Assembly (NCBI GenBank): GCA_903916735.1
Contig: CAIWXX010000085.1
Coordinates: 7,883 to 71,882, forward strand
DNA: 64,000 nt
Origin: an uncultured Acidobacteriota bacterium
GTDB taxonomy: Bacteria; Acidobacteriota; CAIWXX01
Direction of reading: 5' to 3'
This document shows positions 38,127 to 47,907 of this stretch, in pieces. Numbering within the stretch: position 1 is the first letter of the stretch; the number at the start of each line of letters is the position of its first letter. The position numbers and the translations under genes were made by a program. The notes below the pieces were generated by a model. That model worked only from the letters and a program-made list of their open reading frames with translations. It was not told where the DNA came from and ran no database searches.

Positions 38127-39524
38127 ATGAGAGTGCTGGTCATGACGGCCGTTGTTTGGATGACGCCCTGGTGGAGCAGTGTCGACGCGAAGCCGGATAG
38201 TCTCCCCATCCCAGCGCCTCTCTCGACGCCCGCCAATAAAACTGTGGAAGTACGAAAGCTCTATAGCACTAGCCGTGACTCCTGCCTCAATAGCAGCGGC
38301 AGCCACAGTTGGGCTCAATTGACCCCCGACGGAACAACAGCCGGCATTGTTTATCGTGAAACGCAGGGAGGAGCCGGTGACAGCTCAATTTCTCAGCTCG
38401 TTCTGAAAACCATCACCCCCGATGGCCGGATTCAGAAAAAGCAGATCACCCATGGGACCTGTGTCGAAAACAGTGTCCTTCTTTACGATGCCTTGCTTCA
38501 TCCCCATATTTTCACGCTTCTGCAGAACGGTGTCGCTCAGGACTTGTTGCATTTCACCCTCAGTAATCGGACCAAGTGGCACAGCGAAAAAATTGCCCAT
38601 TTCGCCAACAGCAAAGGCGAATACGTCTATGAACTGGCCGCTGCTCTTGGACCCAAGAATTCTCTGCACCTGGCCGTGCTACAATTCGGCTCAACCCCCG
38701 ATCATTATCTGGTGGCCAACGAAAACAGCAATCTCTTCTACATGACCAATTTAAGCGGAGCATGGAAACAGGAGTTGGTGCAGCACTATGATTCCGTCTA
38801 CATTTTAATGAATATAGGATATTGGTATATGCGACCCCTGCGCCGTCAGGATCTGGTGATTGACAATTCCGGTCATGCTCATATCGCATACGGTGCCTTG
38901 GTGCGCGAGGGGTTTGATCCATATCCCACCGAGATGCGCTATGCTACCAACGCCAGCGGAAAGTGGGAAATCTCGACTGCTCTGCCGAAATCCGACACCT
39001 CCTGCGATGCCGGCTATAATCCTTCCATCGCCATCGACAGCCATGGACGCATCGCCATGGCATGCACCTATGTCGAGCGTGTGCCGGCCAAATCAGCTCA
39101 ATATTCTCAATTAATATATGCGCAATTGAATAGAGGGAAGTGGACTAGAAATGTACTTGTCACTGTGGCCGATAATTATTTCGGTTACGATGAAGGCCAG
39201 TTCACCGGCGCCATTCCTCATTTATGTTTCGATAAACGGGATCGGCCGCATATCGTTTTTTCCGATATTGCCTCTTCACATGTGAGGGAAGGTAGTTTTC
39301 TTAATGTGGGGCAGATCCGCTACATCCACTACAACGGGGTCGGTTGGGAGCTTTCCACTCTCTATCACCAACCCAGCCCCTATGATTACAATACTTTCAG
39401 CGAAATCCACAGCATTTGCCTCATGTTGTCGCCTACTAGTGACGAGTTTCAGATCATCGCCGAGGAGTATATCGGAACTGGTAGCAATCGCACATTCAAT
39501 CTACTACATCTCAATTCCAAATAG
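38127..39524 (+). CDS. Secreted hypothetical protein (probable beta-propeller)
   Basis: Signal-like N-terminus at the ATG at 38127; repeated ID..G.AHIAY / W......V blades. The start is uncertain. Confidence 0.6.
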   Translation: MRVLVMTAVVWMTPWWSSVDAKPDSLPIPAPLSTPANKTVEVRKLYSTSRDSCLNSSGSHSWAQLTPDGTTAGIVYRETQGGAGDSSISQLVLKTITPDGRIQKKQITHGTCVENSVLLYDALLHPHIFTLLQNGVAQDLLHFTLSNRTKWHSEKIAHFANSKGEYVYELAAALGPKNSLHLAVLQFGSTPDHYLVANENSNLFYMTNLSGAWKQELVQHYDSVYILMNIGYWYMRPLRRQDLVIDNSGHAHIAYGALVREGFDPYPTEMRYATNASGKWEISTALPKSDTSCDAGYNPSIAIDSHGRIAMACTYVERVPAKSAQYSQLIYAQLNRGKWTRNVLVTVADNYFGYDEGQFTGAIPHLCFDKRDRPHIVFSDIASSHVREGSFLNVGQIRYIHYNGVGWELSTLYHQPSPYDYNTFSEIHSICLMLSPTSDEFQIIAEEYIGTGSNRTFNLLHLNSK

Positions 39525-39671
39525 CACATGTTCACAAGGAGCATCGACGAGAGGCGATCAGCCGTGTCGTTAATGCAACTTTGAGTGCCCGTTTGCCTGC
39601 AATGTGGGGAGAGGCGACGACAGCCTGCGCATCGGATTCGAAGAAGTTCCCTGTCTGTGACCGTCTATCCG

Positions 39672-40058
39672 TCACGCGACTTCTTCATCCGCTTCGACCT
39701 CCGTCGCCGGACCCGCCTCGCCGTCAGGTTTCCTGCCGAGCATCAGCATTCGGCGCAGGATAATTTCGGTTGTGTATGCCTTGGATCCACTTTTGTTCAT
39801 ATAAGAACGAGTCTGCAAGCGCCCCTCCACAAAGACACTTTTGCCCTTATGCAAATAGCGTTGGACCGTATCTGCCAAGCCCCCGAAAGCCACTACCCGA
39901 TGCCAATCAGTCCGTGCTTCGACTTCACCGGAGACATTTTTCCATCTCAGACTGGTCGCCAGTGAAAAATTGGCCACGGGCCGCCCATCTGGTAAGTGTC
40001 GCACTTCAGGGTCGCGTCCCAGGTTCCCAATTAGCATAACCATATTCAGGCTGCTCAT
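39672..40058 (-). CDS. ssb: Single-stranded DNA-binding protein (short form)
   Basis: LNMVMLIGNLGRDPE, TDWHRVVAFG, KGKSVFVEGRLQTRSY. No DDDIPF-type tail. Confidence 0.93.
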   Translation of the reverse strand: MSSLNMVMLIGNLGRDPEVRHLPDGRPVANFSLATSLRWKNVSGEVEARTDWHRVVAFGGLADTVQRYLHKGKSVFVEGRLQTRSYMNKSGSKAYTTEIILRRMLMLGRKPDGEAGPATEVEADEEVA

Positions 40059-40069
40059 TAGTATTCTCC

Positions 40070-41104
40070 TTATTCTCCGGAAGCTTTCGCAGCCGCACTC
40101 GATTCTGTAGTCTTTGTCTGCATGGCGGCTGCAATCTGCCGTGTCACATCGGGGTTTGCCTGCAGGAATTTTCGTGCATTATCCCGGCCATTGCCGAGTC
40201 GAGTGCCATTCCAGGTAAACCAGAAGCCGCTCTTTTCGACGACTCCTCGCGCCACTCCGCAATCGAGCAGATCCCCTTCAACTGAAAACCCATCTCCAAA
40301 TAAGAGATCGATTTCTGTTTCTTTGAATGGCGGTGCCAGCTTGTTCTTGACGACCTTCACTCGAGTGCGATTGCCGATTATGCTATCGCCATCTTTAATG
40401 GCCTGCCCGCGCTTGACTTCAATTCTGAGTGTCGCATAGAACTTCAGAGCCCGCCCGCCGGTTGTCGTCTCCGGATTGCCGAACATCACCCCGATTTTTT
40501 CGCGCATCTGATTGATGAAAACGAGGCATGAATTGCTTTTGGAAACCGCGCCTGTCAGCTTTCTCATCGCCTGGCTCATGAGTCGTGCCTGCGAACCGAC
40601 CTGCGCATCTCCCATTTCGCCTTCGATTTCCGCTCGAGGCGCCAGCGCTGCCACAGAATCCACGACACACACATCCAACCCCTGGCTTCTAACAAGAATA
40701 TCCACAATCTCCAGCGCCTGTTCGCCACAATCCGGCTGAGAGACGAACAAGTTATCGCAATCGACTCCTAATCTCCGTGCGTAATCCGGCGCCAAGGCAT
40801 GTTCGGCATCAATGAACGCGCAGACTCCCTTCTGCTGCTGTGCCTTCGCAATGATCTGTAATGCAAAAGTCGTCTTCCCAGATGATTCCTGGCCGAAGAC
40901 CTCTATGATCCTGCCTCGCGGAACTCCTCCCATCCCGAGCATCTGATCGATAGAGAAGATCCCCGTTGGAATAACATCGACCGCATCATGCGCCGAGTCT
41001 TGGCCTAGTCTCATGATAGATCCGCGACCAAATTGCTTTTCGATCTGTGTCAGCGCCGCCTCAAACGACCTCGCCCGCACCTCCAGCTCTTTTGCTGATA
41101 TCAT
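40070..41104 (-). CDS. recA: Recombinase RecA
   Basis: [48 protein letters not shown], and [14 protein letters not shown]. Confidence 0.97.
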   Translation of the reverse strand: MISAKELEVRARSFEAALTQIEKQFGRGSIMRLGQDSAHDAVDVIPTGIFSIDQMLGMGGVPRGRIIEVFGQESSGKTTFALQIIAKAQQQKGVCAFIDAEHALAPDYARRLGVDCDNLFVSQPDCGEQALEIVDILVRSQGLDVCVVDSVAALAPRAEIEGEMGDAQVGSQARLMSQAMRKLTGAVSKSNSCLVFINQMREKIGVMFGNPETTTGGRALKFYATLRIEVKRGQAIKDGDSIIGNRTRVKVVKNKLAPPFKETEIDLLFGDGFSVEGDLLDCGVARGVVEKSGFWFTWNGTRLGNGRDNARKFLQANPDVTRQIAAAMQTKTTESSAAAKASGE

Positions 41105-41128
41105 GTTTCCTCCTCAAAATGGCCCCCA

Positions 41129-41159
41129 ACGAGGCGAGGAGTCAGACTCCTCGCCTCGT
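41129..41159. other. Perfect 14-bp stem-loop between comEA and recA
   Basis: ACGAGGCGAGGAGT-CAG-ACTCCTCGCCTCGT, with no U-tract immediately after the stem. Confidence 0.8.
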
Positions 41160-41177
41160 CCTGCAGCCGTCGATTTT

Positions 41178-41495
41178 TCACTTGCTGGGTGTCACAGGGG
41201 CAGCGATCAATATCTGGGGTTTCATTTCCGCAAATGTTTTTTCGCCGATTCCTGAGACTTTCATAATATCTTCGGGGCTCTTGAAAGGACCGTTCTTGGT
41301 CCTGTATTCCACAATCCGTTGCGCGACTTTTTCGCCGACACGTGGAAGCTTCGTGAGCTCCTGCACGGACGCGGTGTTGATATTGATCTGAACATCCTTG
41401 GATTTCGCGGCTTGTACCAGAGGTGCCCAAATGGTGAGGGCCAATGCCATGATGGTCAGAAGGCCCAGAATCCTGACGGCTCTGCTTTTTTCCAT
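41178..41495 (-). CDS. comEA: ComEA-family helix-hairpin-helix DNA-binding protein
   Basis: Signal/TM segment, then ININTASVQELTKLPRVGEKVAQRIVEYR..NGPFKSPEDIMKVSGIGEK; AAAGGAG RBS. Confidence 0.88.
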   Translation of the reverse strand: MEKSRAVRILGLLTIMALALTIWAPLVQAAKSKDVQININTASVQELTKLPRVGEKVAQRIVEYRTKNGPFKSPEDIMKVSGIGEKTFAEMKPQILIAAPVTPSK

Positions 41496-41897
41496 GAGAT
41501 GACTCCTTTGTTTGTTTTCATTTTTTTGCGGTACTGAAATCGCCAATCTTGCTCTTGGATTCCGATCTTAAGTGTTTCTACTTTGGTTCCATCACCTCCT
41601 TTCAGAGATGACTTAGGAGCAAATCTCATGCCAGCCTGCGAGTCATTGCATTTTTCTTTTTTTTCAAGAAGTTGCGGAGAAATCCAATTCGAATGCGGGT
41701 GACAACCAGCGTTGACAGGTCGATTCTAACGCGTCCTAATCCATTGCGTTTCAGGAAGATCAGTCGCGTGTAAACTATCGTTGACAACGTTAACAAACGT
41801 TGACCACCTCGTGGACTTTTCACAATTCTCAGATATGGTCGGGGTTGCTTTCCCACGAGAAAACTCATTTCCCCGATGAAAGATCACCCCATGGCAT

Positions 41898-42125
41898 TAG
41901 TGTCAAAATGGCGAAATGTCGACACGAAATGGCAGGATCTTCGGAACATATAAGATCCCACCCGGACCTCTTAGGAATGCAGTAAGTAAGGAAACCAGGA
42001 ACGAACCGACCATTGCCGGCACACTGCCTTCCGTTCCTGCATTCCTCTTTTCCTGGCTTTCTGAGAGGTCTGGAGTGGCTCTGTGGTGCGGCCACCATCT
42101 TTGGTTCTGGCTCCGCCAGGTTAGG
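41898..42125 (+). repeat. Modular hairpin element, copy 3 (L2, core B, R2)
   Basis: TAGTGTC...GGCGAAATGTCGACACGAAATGGC...GGAAACCAGGAACGAACCGACCATTGCCGGCACAC...TTGGTTCTGGCTCCGCCAGGTTAGG. Confidence 0.88.
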
Positions 42126-42218
42126 GGAAAAAGCATCCATAATGTAAATTCTTGAGTTGCGCTCAGGCGACGATGCGATAGGATGTATTTCGCAGAATGA
42201 GAACGAGGAGGTTCATAC

Positions 42219-43007
42219 ATGGGAACGCCCATTGTTCAGGTTGATGCATTCACGAACAAGCCGTTTTCCGGCAACCCGGCAGCAGTCTGCCTTTTATCAA
42301 GACCGACGGCGGATAATTGGATGAAGGATGTCGCCCGGGAAATGAACCTTTCAGAGACGGCTTTCTTATGCCGGCAGGAGGATGGTTACAATCTGCGATG
42401 GTTCACACCGACCATCGAAGTCGATCTTTGTGGTCATGCAACCTTGGCCAGCGCGCATGTGCTCTGGGAGGAAGGTCACCGGAAGCCTCAGGAGGCCATA
42501 CGTTTCTCCACGAAAAGCGGGCGCCTGACCGCCACTCGCGATGGAGATTGGATCAAGCTGGATCTGCCGGCCAAGCACGAAGAGCCCGCCGTCGCACCGG
42601 TGTCGCTTTTGGATGCACTCGGCGTTCAAGCCGAGTACATCGGGAAACACCAATCCGACTATATTGTGCTCGTCTCTTCCGAAGAGATTGTGCGGCGAGC
42701 CAAGCCGAATCACAGCATGCTGCGCACGCTGCCTGTGCGAGCTGTCATACTGACGGGCCACTCATCGACGGCCGGATTCGATTTTGTGTCACGGTTTTTC
42801 GCCCCGGGATCCGGTATTGACGAAGACCCCGTAACGGGATCGGCCCACTGCTGTCTCGGCCCGTTCTGGAGCGCCCGATTAGGCAAGAAAGAATTGACCG
42901 CTTACCAGGCATCGGATCGCGGAGGCATCATCCAGGTCAGCGTACGCCAGGATCGGGTGGTGCTTGGGGGTCAGGCTGTCACGGTGATGCGGGGAACGAT
43001 CCTCTAG
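42219..43007 (+). CDS. PhzF-family isomerase (YddE-like)
   Basis: QVDAFTNKPFSGNPAAV, NLSETAF, EVDLCGHATLA, and EDPVTGSAHC. Confidence 0.93.
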   Translation: MGTPIVQVDAFTNKPFSGNPAAVCLLSRPTADNWMKDVAREMNLSETAFLCRQEDGYNLRWFTPTIEVDLCGHATLASAHVLWEEGHRKPQEAIRFSTKSGRLTATRDGDWIKLDLPAKHEEPAVAPVSLLDALGVQAEYIGKHQSDYIVLVSSEEIVRRAKPNHSMLRTLPVRAVILTGHSSTAGFDFVSRFFAPGSGIDEDPVTGSAHCCLGPFWSARLGKKELTAYQASDRGGIIQVSVRQDRVVLGGQAVTVMRGTIL

Positions 43008-43224
43008 TGTCTAAGCGGCGAAATGTCGACACGAAATGGCAAGATCTTCGGAATATGCAAGATTCCATCCGAACCTCCAAGGAATGCAGGAAGTAAGGAA
43101 ACCAGGAACGAACCGACCATTGCCGGCACACTACCTTCGGTTCTTGCATTCCTGGCTTGCTGAGAGGTCTGGAGTCGCTCTGTGGTGCGGCCACCGTCTT
43201 TGGTTCTGGCTCCGCCAGGTTAGG
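43005..43224 (+). repeat. Modular hairpin element, copy 4 (L2, core B, R2), direct repeat of copy 3
   Basis: Closely similar to 41898-42125; begins at the TAG stop of the PhzF gene. Confidence 0.88.
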
Positions 43225-43302
43225 TTCAACCGCAATCAAACTCAAATTAATTCCGTTACTCCGCTTATGATCTGTGTTCATCGGTGTTCATCTGTGGTTG
43301 AA
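43225..43302. repeat. ATCTGTGTTCATCGGTGTTCATCTGTGGTT-type palindromic repeat relic
   Basis: Tandem GTGTTCATC units at 43270-43299; TTCAACCGC and GTGGTTGAA termini can pair. Confidence 0.6.
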
Positions 43303-43403
43303 CAGTGCTATTCCCGTTCAGAGTACTCCAATTGTGCGCTCACGATCCGGGACTCAGTTGACTTTTCCTCACAACAAGCTTATTTTTCTAAACGATAACT
43401 ATC

Positions 43404-45038
43404 ATGAAGAGACTTTGTATGCTGATTGTATTGACCCTTTTTGCCGCTTCACTCTCAGCCGGCGTCCTTGTCCCTCCCGTGCTCGTTCTGACTCCTGAGA
43501 ACCGGACCGGCAAAGCGGAATTCAACTGGATAGGCCTGAGCTTCTCGATATATCTTTCCGAGAAACTCCTCCCTCTGCTCAATGTCGCCTCTATTCCTCC
43601 TGAAGCCCGTGCAGCGGGGTTTGAATCTATCGACATACCGGAAAGCGGCGCAATCTCTCATGCCACCATGATCCGCCTGGCATCTGAACTGAAAGCGCTT
43701 TATGTTCTGTCCGGCTACTATGAGCTCACCACCGACGGAAACCTGCAGATCACCATTATCCCCTTTGATACGGCGAACAATTCCATGGGTCACGCCACGT
43801 CGGTGAAGAGCAAGCTCGGAGAGATCATCTCAATGGAAAACACCATCGGATATAACATCGTCAAAGAATATTTTGCGGATCCAGATTCTCTGAAAGCCAA
43901 AATCCTGGGACGTGATGCCGGGGTCCCACTGGAGGCATACGAATACTTTATCAAGAGCTTCGGCTATAGTGATTCCCAGAAGAGGCTCTATTATCTCAGC
44001 AAAGCCACGACGGCATTCCCAGGCTATGCAGAGGCAGTTTTCGAACGAGCGAAGATACTCTACGCGAAGCGTGATTTCGCCGACGTCATCAAACTGCTGT
44101 CATCTCCTCCACTGGATTTTGCTGACAATTTTGCCTTCCTTCAGGGTATGGCCTATTACTCCAGCGGGGACCTCACACAGGCCGCCGCGATCTTCACCGA
44201 TCTCATCGCCAAACCATCGCTCAGCTGCCCGGCGATGAACAATCTGGCCGCAGCCTTCTCGGAACAGAACAATCAACAACAGGCTGCTTTTTATCTCCTG
44301 AACGCAATCCAGCTGGATGGATCAAATCCTGCTCTCCGGTTCAACTTCGGGATCGTCAAGCAGCGCGCCGGGGCGAAAGATGAAGCCATCTCGGCCTATA
44401 AGGATGCCGCGCGCCTGGATCCAAACGATTGGCAAGCGCAGTATATTCTGGCCGATCTTCTGGCTCAGGCCGGTCTCAAGGAAGAAGCTCAAGCCGTGCA
44501 CAGTCTTGCTATTTCGCACGCTCCTCAGCATCTTCCCGACATCAAGGATATGCTCCGTCCTCGCCTGCTCCCAATTCCTCACGGTGGAATTCCTCCCGAC
44601 GAAACGCTGCCTTCGACGGCATCACGGGATGAAGTGATACGATTTCATCTGGAACGGGGGTTCGATTACTGCCGGCGCTCATTGTGGATAGAAGCCACCG
44701 AGGAATTGAAGAAGGTGCTTTATTTGGACCCATATCATGGGGAGGCACGGTATATGCTGGCAAAGGCTTACTTCGGAGTCGGAGATCTCGACCACGCCAT
44801 GATTGAAGCGAAGATGTCGTTGTGGAGCAGCGAGACGGCTGCCGCACATGTTCTTCTCGCAAAAATTCTCAATCGATTGGGCCGCCAGCAGGAATCCCAG
44901 CATGAAGCTGAGCGCGCGCTTGAGCTCGATCCTTCCAATGCCGATGTTCGCGCTTTGCTGCCAATGAAGGAATCTTCATCGTTGATCTGGCACGACGATC
45001 CGTCGAGGCCCCTTTGTGATGAATTCATGGTTGCTTAA
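43404..45038 (+). CDS. Secreted tetratricopeptide-repeat protein
   Basis: Signal peptide, an N-terminal alpha/beta domain, then TPR patterns (A...Y..A..LDP, EA...LA..Y). Confidence 0.8.
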   Translation: MKRLCMLIVLTLFAASLSAGVLVPPVLVLTPENRTGKAEFNWIGLSFSIYLSEKLLPLLNVASIPPEARAAGFESIDIPESGAISHATMIRLASELKALYVLSGYYELTTDGNLQITIIPFDTANNSMGHATSVKSKLGEIISMENTIGYNIVKEYFADPDSLKAKILGRDAGVPLEAYEYFIKSFGYSDSQKRLYYLSKATTAFPGYAEAVFERAKILYAKRDFADVIKLLSSPPLDFADNFAFLQGMAYYSSGDLTQAAAIFTDLIAKPSLSCPAMNNLAAAFSEQNNQQQAAFYLLNAIQLDGSNPALRFNFGIVKQRAGAKDEAISAYKDAARLDPNDWQAQYILADLLAQAGLKEEAQAVHSLAISHAPQHLPDIKDMLRPRLLPIPHGGIPPDETLPSTASRDEVIRFHLERGFDYCRRSLWIEATEELKKVLYLDPYHGEARYMLAKAYFGVGDLDHAMIEAKMSLWSSETAAAHVLLAKILNRLGRQQESQHEAERALELDPSNADVRALLPMKESSSLIWHDDPSRPLCDEFMVA

Positions 45039-45041
45039 GAA

Positions 45042-46367
45042 ATGGCAAGAGTCAAAATAATGAAAAAGAAACGATTCGCCCAAACAGTTGTGCTCTTCAT
45101 CCTTCTCACCGCACTTCCCGCGGTCGCGGCCGCAGAGATACTCGTCGCCGATCTTTCTGAAATCATCCAGCCGGTCACGGCGCGTTATCTTTTAAATGCA
45201 ATGGATCAAGCCGAGCGCGAACATGCGACGCTGCTGATTATCCGGCTCAACACACCGGGTGGCATGATGGATCCGATGCGTGAAATCATCATGCGAATGC
45301 TCGATACCAGAGTGCCTGTGGCGGTGTTGGTAGGCCCGAGTGGAGCGCGAGCGGCATCGGCCGGCTGCCTCATCACTATCTCCTCCGACATCGCTGCCAT
45401 GTCTCCTGGAACGAACATGGGCGCCGCTCACCCGGTCTCGATCGAGGGCGAAAAGATCGACGAAATCATGTCCAAGAAAATAGAAAACGACACGGTCGCC
45501 TGGATCAAATCCATCGTCGAGAAGCGCGGACGCAATGCGGACCTCGCTGATAAGGCCGTTCGCGAGAGCAAGTCCTACACCGAAAAAGAGGCCTTAGAGG
45601 GGCATATGATCGAATACGTCTGCAAGGATGTCGACGATTTGATCAACCAGCTGAACGGAAAAACGATTCACCGGTTTAACGGACAGGAAGTCACTCTCCA
45701 TCTTTCGGGACAGCGGCAGAAATGGATCCCGATGACATCCAAAGAGAAAATCCTCAACCTTCTCGCACACCCCACCGTGGCTTACCTGCTGTTCATGGCT
45801 GCCTTGCTTGGTTTCTATTTCGAGTTCGCTCACCCTGGGGCCATTTTCCCCGGCGTTACTGGCGGAATCTGCTTGATTCTCGCCTTTTTCGCATTCAACA
45901 TACTTCCCATTAATTACGCAGGACTCATGCTGATCCTGCTGGCATTCGGATTTTTTATCGCGGAGGTGAAATTGCAGAGCTTCGGTGTGCTTGGTATCGG
46001 AGGTGTCATCGCTCTCATCCTGGGATCGATGATGCTCATCGACGCCGCTGATGCCGCACTTCGAGTCCCGATCAGAATCATTCTTCCAGTTTCAATCGGG
46101 ATGGCACTCATCGTCATCTTCCTTCTCCGTCTGGCCCTCGGCGCCTTGCGACGACGGACTGTGACAGGCGAACAGGGGATTGTGGGGGAGATTGGGCAGG
46201 TGATCGAAGCTGTGCATCCTGAGGGCATCATGCCGGCCGGAAAAATTCAGGTCCACGGCGAGTACTGGAATGCAATCACTGAAGAGGGGGATTTTCAGCG
46301 AGGCGAACGCGTCATCGTGACGACGGTGAGCGGCCTCACATTGACCGTCAAACGTACAAACCAATAG
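45042..46367 (+). CDS. nfeD: NfeD-family membrane-bound protease
   Basis: LNTPGG, RAASAG, MSPGTNMGAAHPV, multi-TM region, and C-terminal VHGEYW OB-fold. Confidence 0.9.
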   Translation: MARVKIMKKKRFAQTVVLFILLTALPAVAAAEILVADLSEIIQPVTARYLLNAMDQAEREHATLLIIRLNTPGGMMDPMREIIMRMLDTRVPVAVLVGPSGARAASAGCLITISSDIAAMSPGTNMGAAHPVSIEGEKIDEIMSKKIENDTVAWIKSIVEKRGRNADLADKAVRESKSYTEKEALEGHMIEYVCKDVDDLINQLNGKTIHRFNGQEVTLHLSGQRQKWIPMTSKEKILNLLAHPTVAYLLFMAALLGFYFEFAHPGAIFPGVTGGICLILAFFAFNILPINYAGLMLILLAFGFFIAEVKLQSFGVLGIGGVIALILGSMMLIDAADAALRVPIRIILPVSIGMALIVIFLLRLALGALRRRTVTGEQGIVGEIGQVIEAVHPEGIMPAGKIQVHGEYWNAITEEGDFQRGERVIVTTVSGLTLTVKRTNQ

Positions 46368-46379
46368 AAGGAGAAAGAG

Positions 46380-47120
46380 ATGCCTGGATGGATCATTTTA
46401 ATCGGGATTGTCGTACTCTACCTCTTGAGCTCGATCAAGATCCTTGCCGAATACGAACGGGGTGTCATTTTCAGGTTGGGGCGGTTGTTGTCGGCCGACA
46501 AAGGACCCGGCCTCATCTTTGTCTTCGCCCCGATCGACCGGATGGTCCGTGTCAGCCTGCGGACCATCGTCCTCGATGTGCCGCCTCAGGACATCATCAC
46601 CCGAGACAACGTATCGGTGAAGGTGAACGCCGTCGTCTATTTCCGCGTGATGTCACCACGGAGGGCCATTGTCGAGGTCGAGAATTATCTGTATGCCACA
46701 TCACAGCTCGCCCAGACAACACTTCGGAGCATCCTCGGTCAGGCGGACCTCGACGAGCTCCTCTCACAGCGTGAAAAACTGAACATACAGCTCCAGTCAA
46801 TCCTGGATCTGCACACCGACCCATGGGGGATCAAAGTGTCGGCCGTTGAAGTTAAGCACGTCGACCTCCCAACCGAGATGCAGCGGGCCATGGCGAAGCA
46901 GGCGGAGGCCGAGCGCGAGAAGCGAGCGAAGATCATTCACGCCGATGGCGAGTTCGCCGCTTCGCAGAAGCTGGGAGAAGCCGCGGAAATCATTTCCAAG
47001 AATCCATGCACTCTGCAGCTCCGATATCTGCAGACCCTGACGGAGATCGCCACCGAGAAGAATTCGACCATTATTTTCCCGCTGCCGATCGACCTTCTCA
47101 AAGGAATATTCATTAAATAA
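46380..47120 (+). CDS. Slipin/stomatin (SPFH) family protein
   Basis: [37 protein letters not shown], and [10 protein letters not shown]; canonical partner of nfeD. Confidence 0.93.
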   Translation: MPGWIILIGIVVLYLLSSIKILAEYERGVIFRLGRLLSADKGPGLIFVFAPIDRMVRVSLRTIVLDVPPQDIITRDNVSVKVNAVVYFRVMSPRRAIVEVENYLYATSQLAQTTLRSILGQADLDELLSQREKLNIQLQSILDLHTDPWGIKVSAVEVKHVDLPTEMQRAMAKQAEAEREKRAKIIHADGEFAASQKLGEAAEIISKNPCTLQLRYLQTLTEIATEKNSTIIFPLPIDLLKGIFIK

Positions 47121-47320
47121 CCGATTGTCGACCGATTGGATCAATGACGGAGGGCTTTGGCATGGTTCTCTCCTTCAGAATGCGAGGTTGGAAATCGGTC
47201 CACGAAGGGGGAATCAAGCCGGGATGTTCTACGGATGTAGTAAGAAAACCTGGAAAAATCAATGCCAGTTGTGGTATGTAAGTAGGAGGAGGCCGATGAA
47301 TCGGCCATAAGGGGCCCGCA

Positions 47321-47902
47321 ATGAGTGAATGGAACAGCACGGGATACCATGAAATTCGGTTGGAACATAAACAGATACTGTTTGTGTTCCTGATCGCCGC
47401 CGTCATTGGAGTCGCTCTTTTCCTGCTGGGTGTCATGGTCGGGCGGAAAAGCCCTGCCGAAACTGCAGCGGCTGAAGGAACGGAGGTTGTGGAGAAGGTT
47501 AAGGCCGAAGCGCCGAAGCCCGCCGTGGATCACACGACGGAGGCGAGTTTCTTCGACAAGCCGTCGAAGCAGCCGGCAGCCGTCAACGAAGAACAGCCGG
47601 CCGCAACCCCGCCGGTCGCCAGGGCGGTTGACCATCATGCTGAGACGCCGCCTCCGCCAACCCCCAAGCCCGGGCATTACTACTCGATTCAATCGGGTGC
47701 TTTCAGCACCGAGGCCAACGCAAAGCATTCCGCGGTGGAACTTGAAAAAGCCGGCTACCCCATAACGATTCTGCCTCCTGGAGCCAAGGATACAAAGAAA
47801 CTATACCGCGTGCTTGTCGGTGAATTTGCGACGCGAGATGAGGCGATTGGGGCAAAGAAGCGTCTCGAGGGCATGGGGTTCAAGAATCTGGTTGTGAGAT
47901 AG
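47321..47902 (+). CDS. SPOR-domain cell-division protein (FtsN/DedD-like)
   Basis: Single TM, Pro/Ala-rich linker, then YSIQSGAFSTEANA...YRVLVGEF. Confidence 0.85.
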   Translation: MSEWNSTGYHEIRLEHKQILFVFLIAAVIGVALFLLGVMVGRKSPAETAAAEGTEVVEKVKAEAPKPAVDHTTEASFFDKPSKQPAAVNEEQPAATPPVARAVDHHAETPPPPTPKPGHYYSIQSGAFSTEANAKHSAVELEKAGYPITILPPGAKDTKKLYRVLVGEFATRDEAIGAKKRLEGMGFKNLVVR

Positions 47903-47907
47903 GCATC

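Noticed and set aside
39553-39670. CAGC/HC-containing frame downstream of ssb
   Set aside because: There is an in-frame stop upstream and no start codon.
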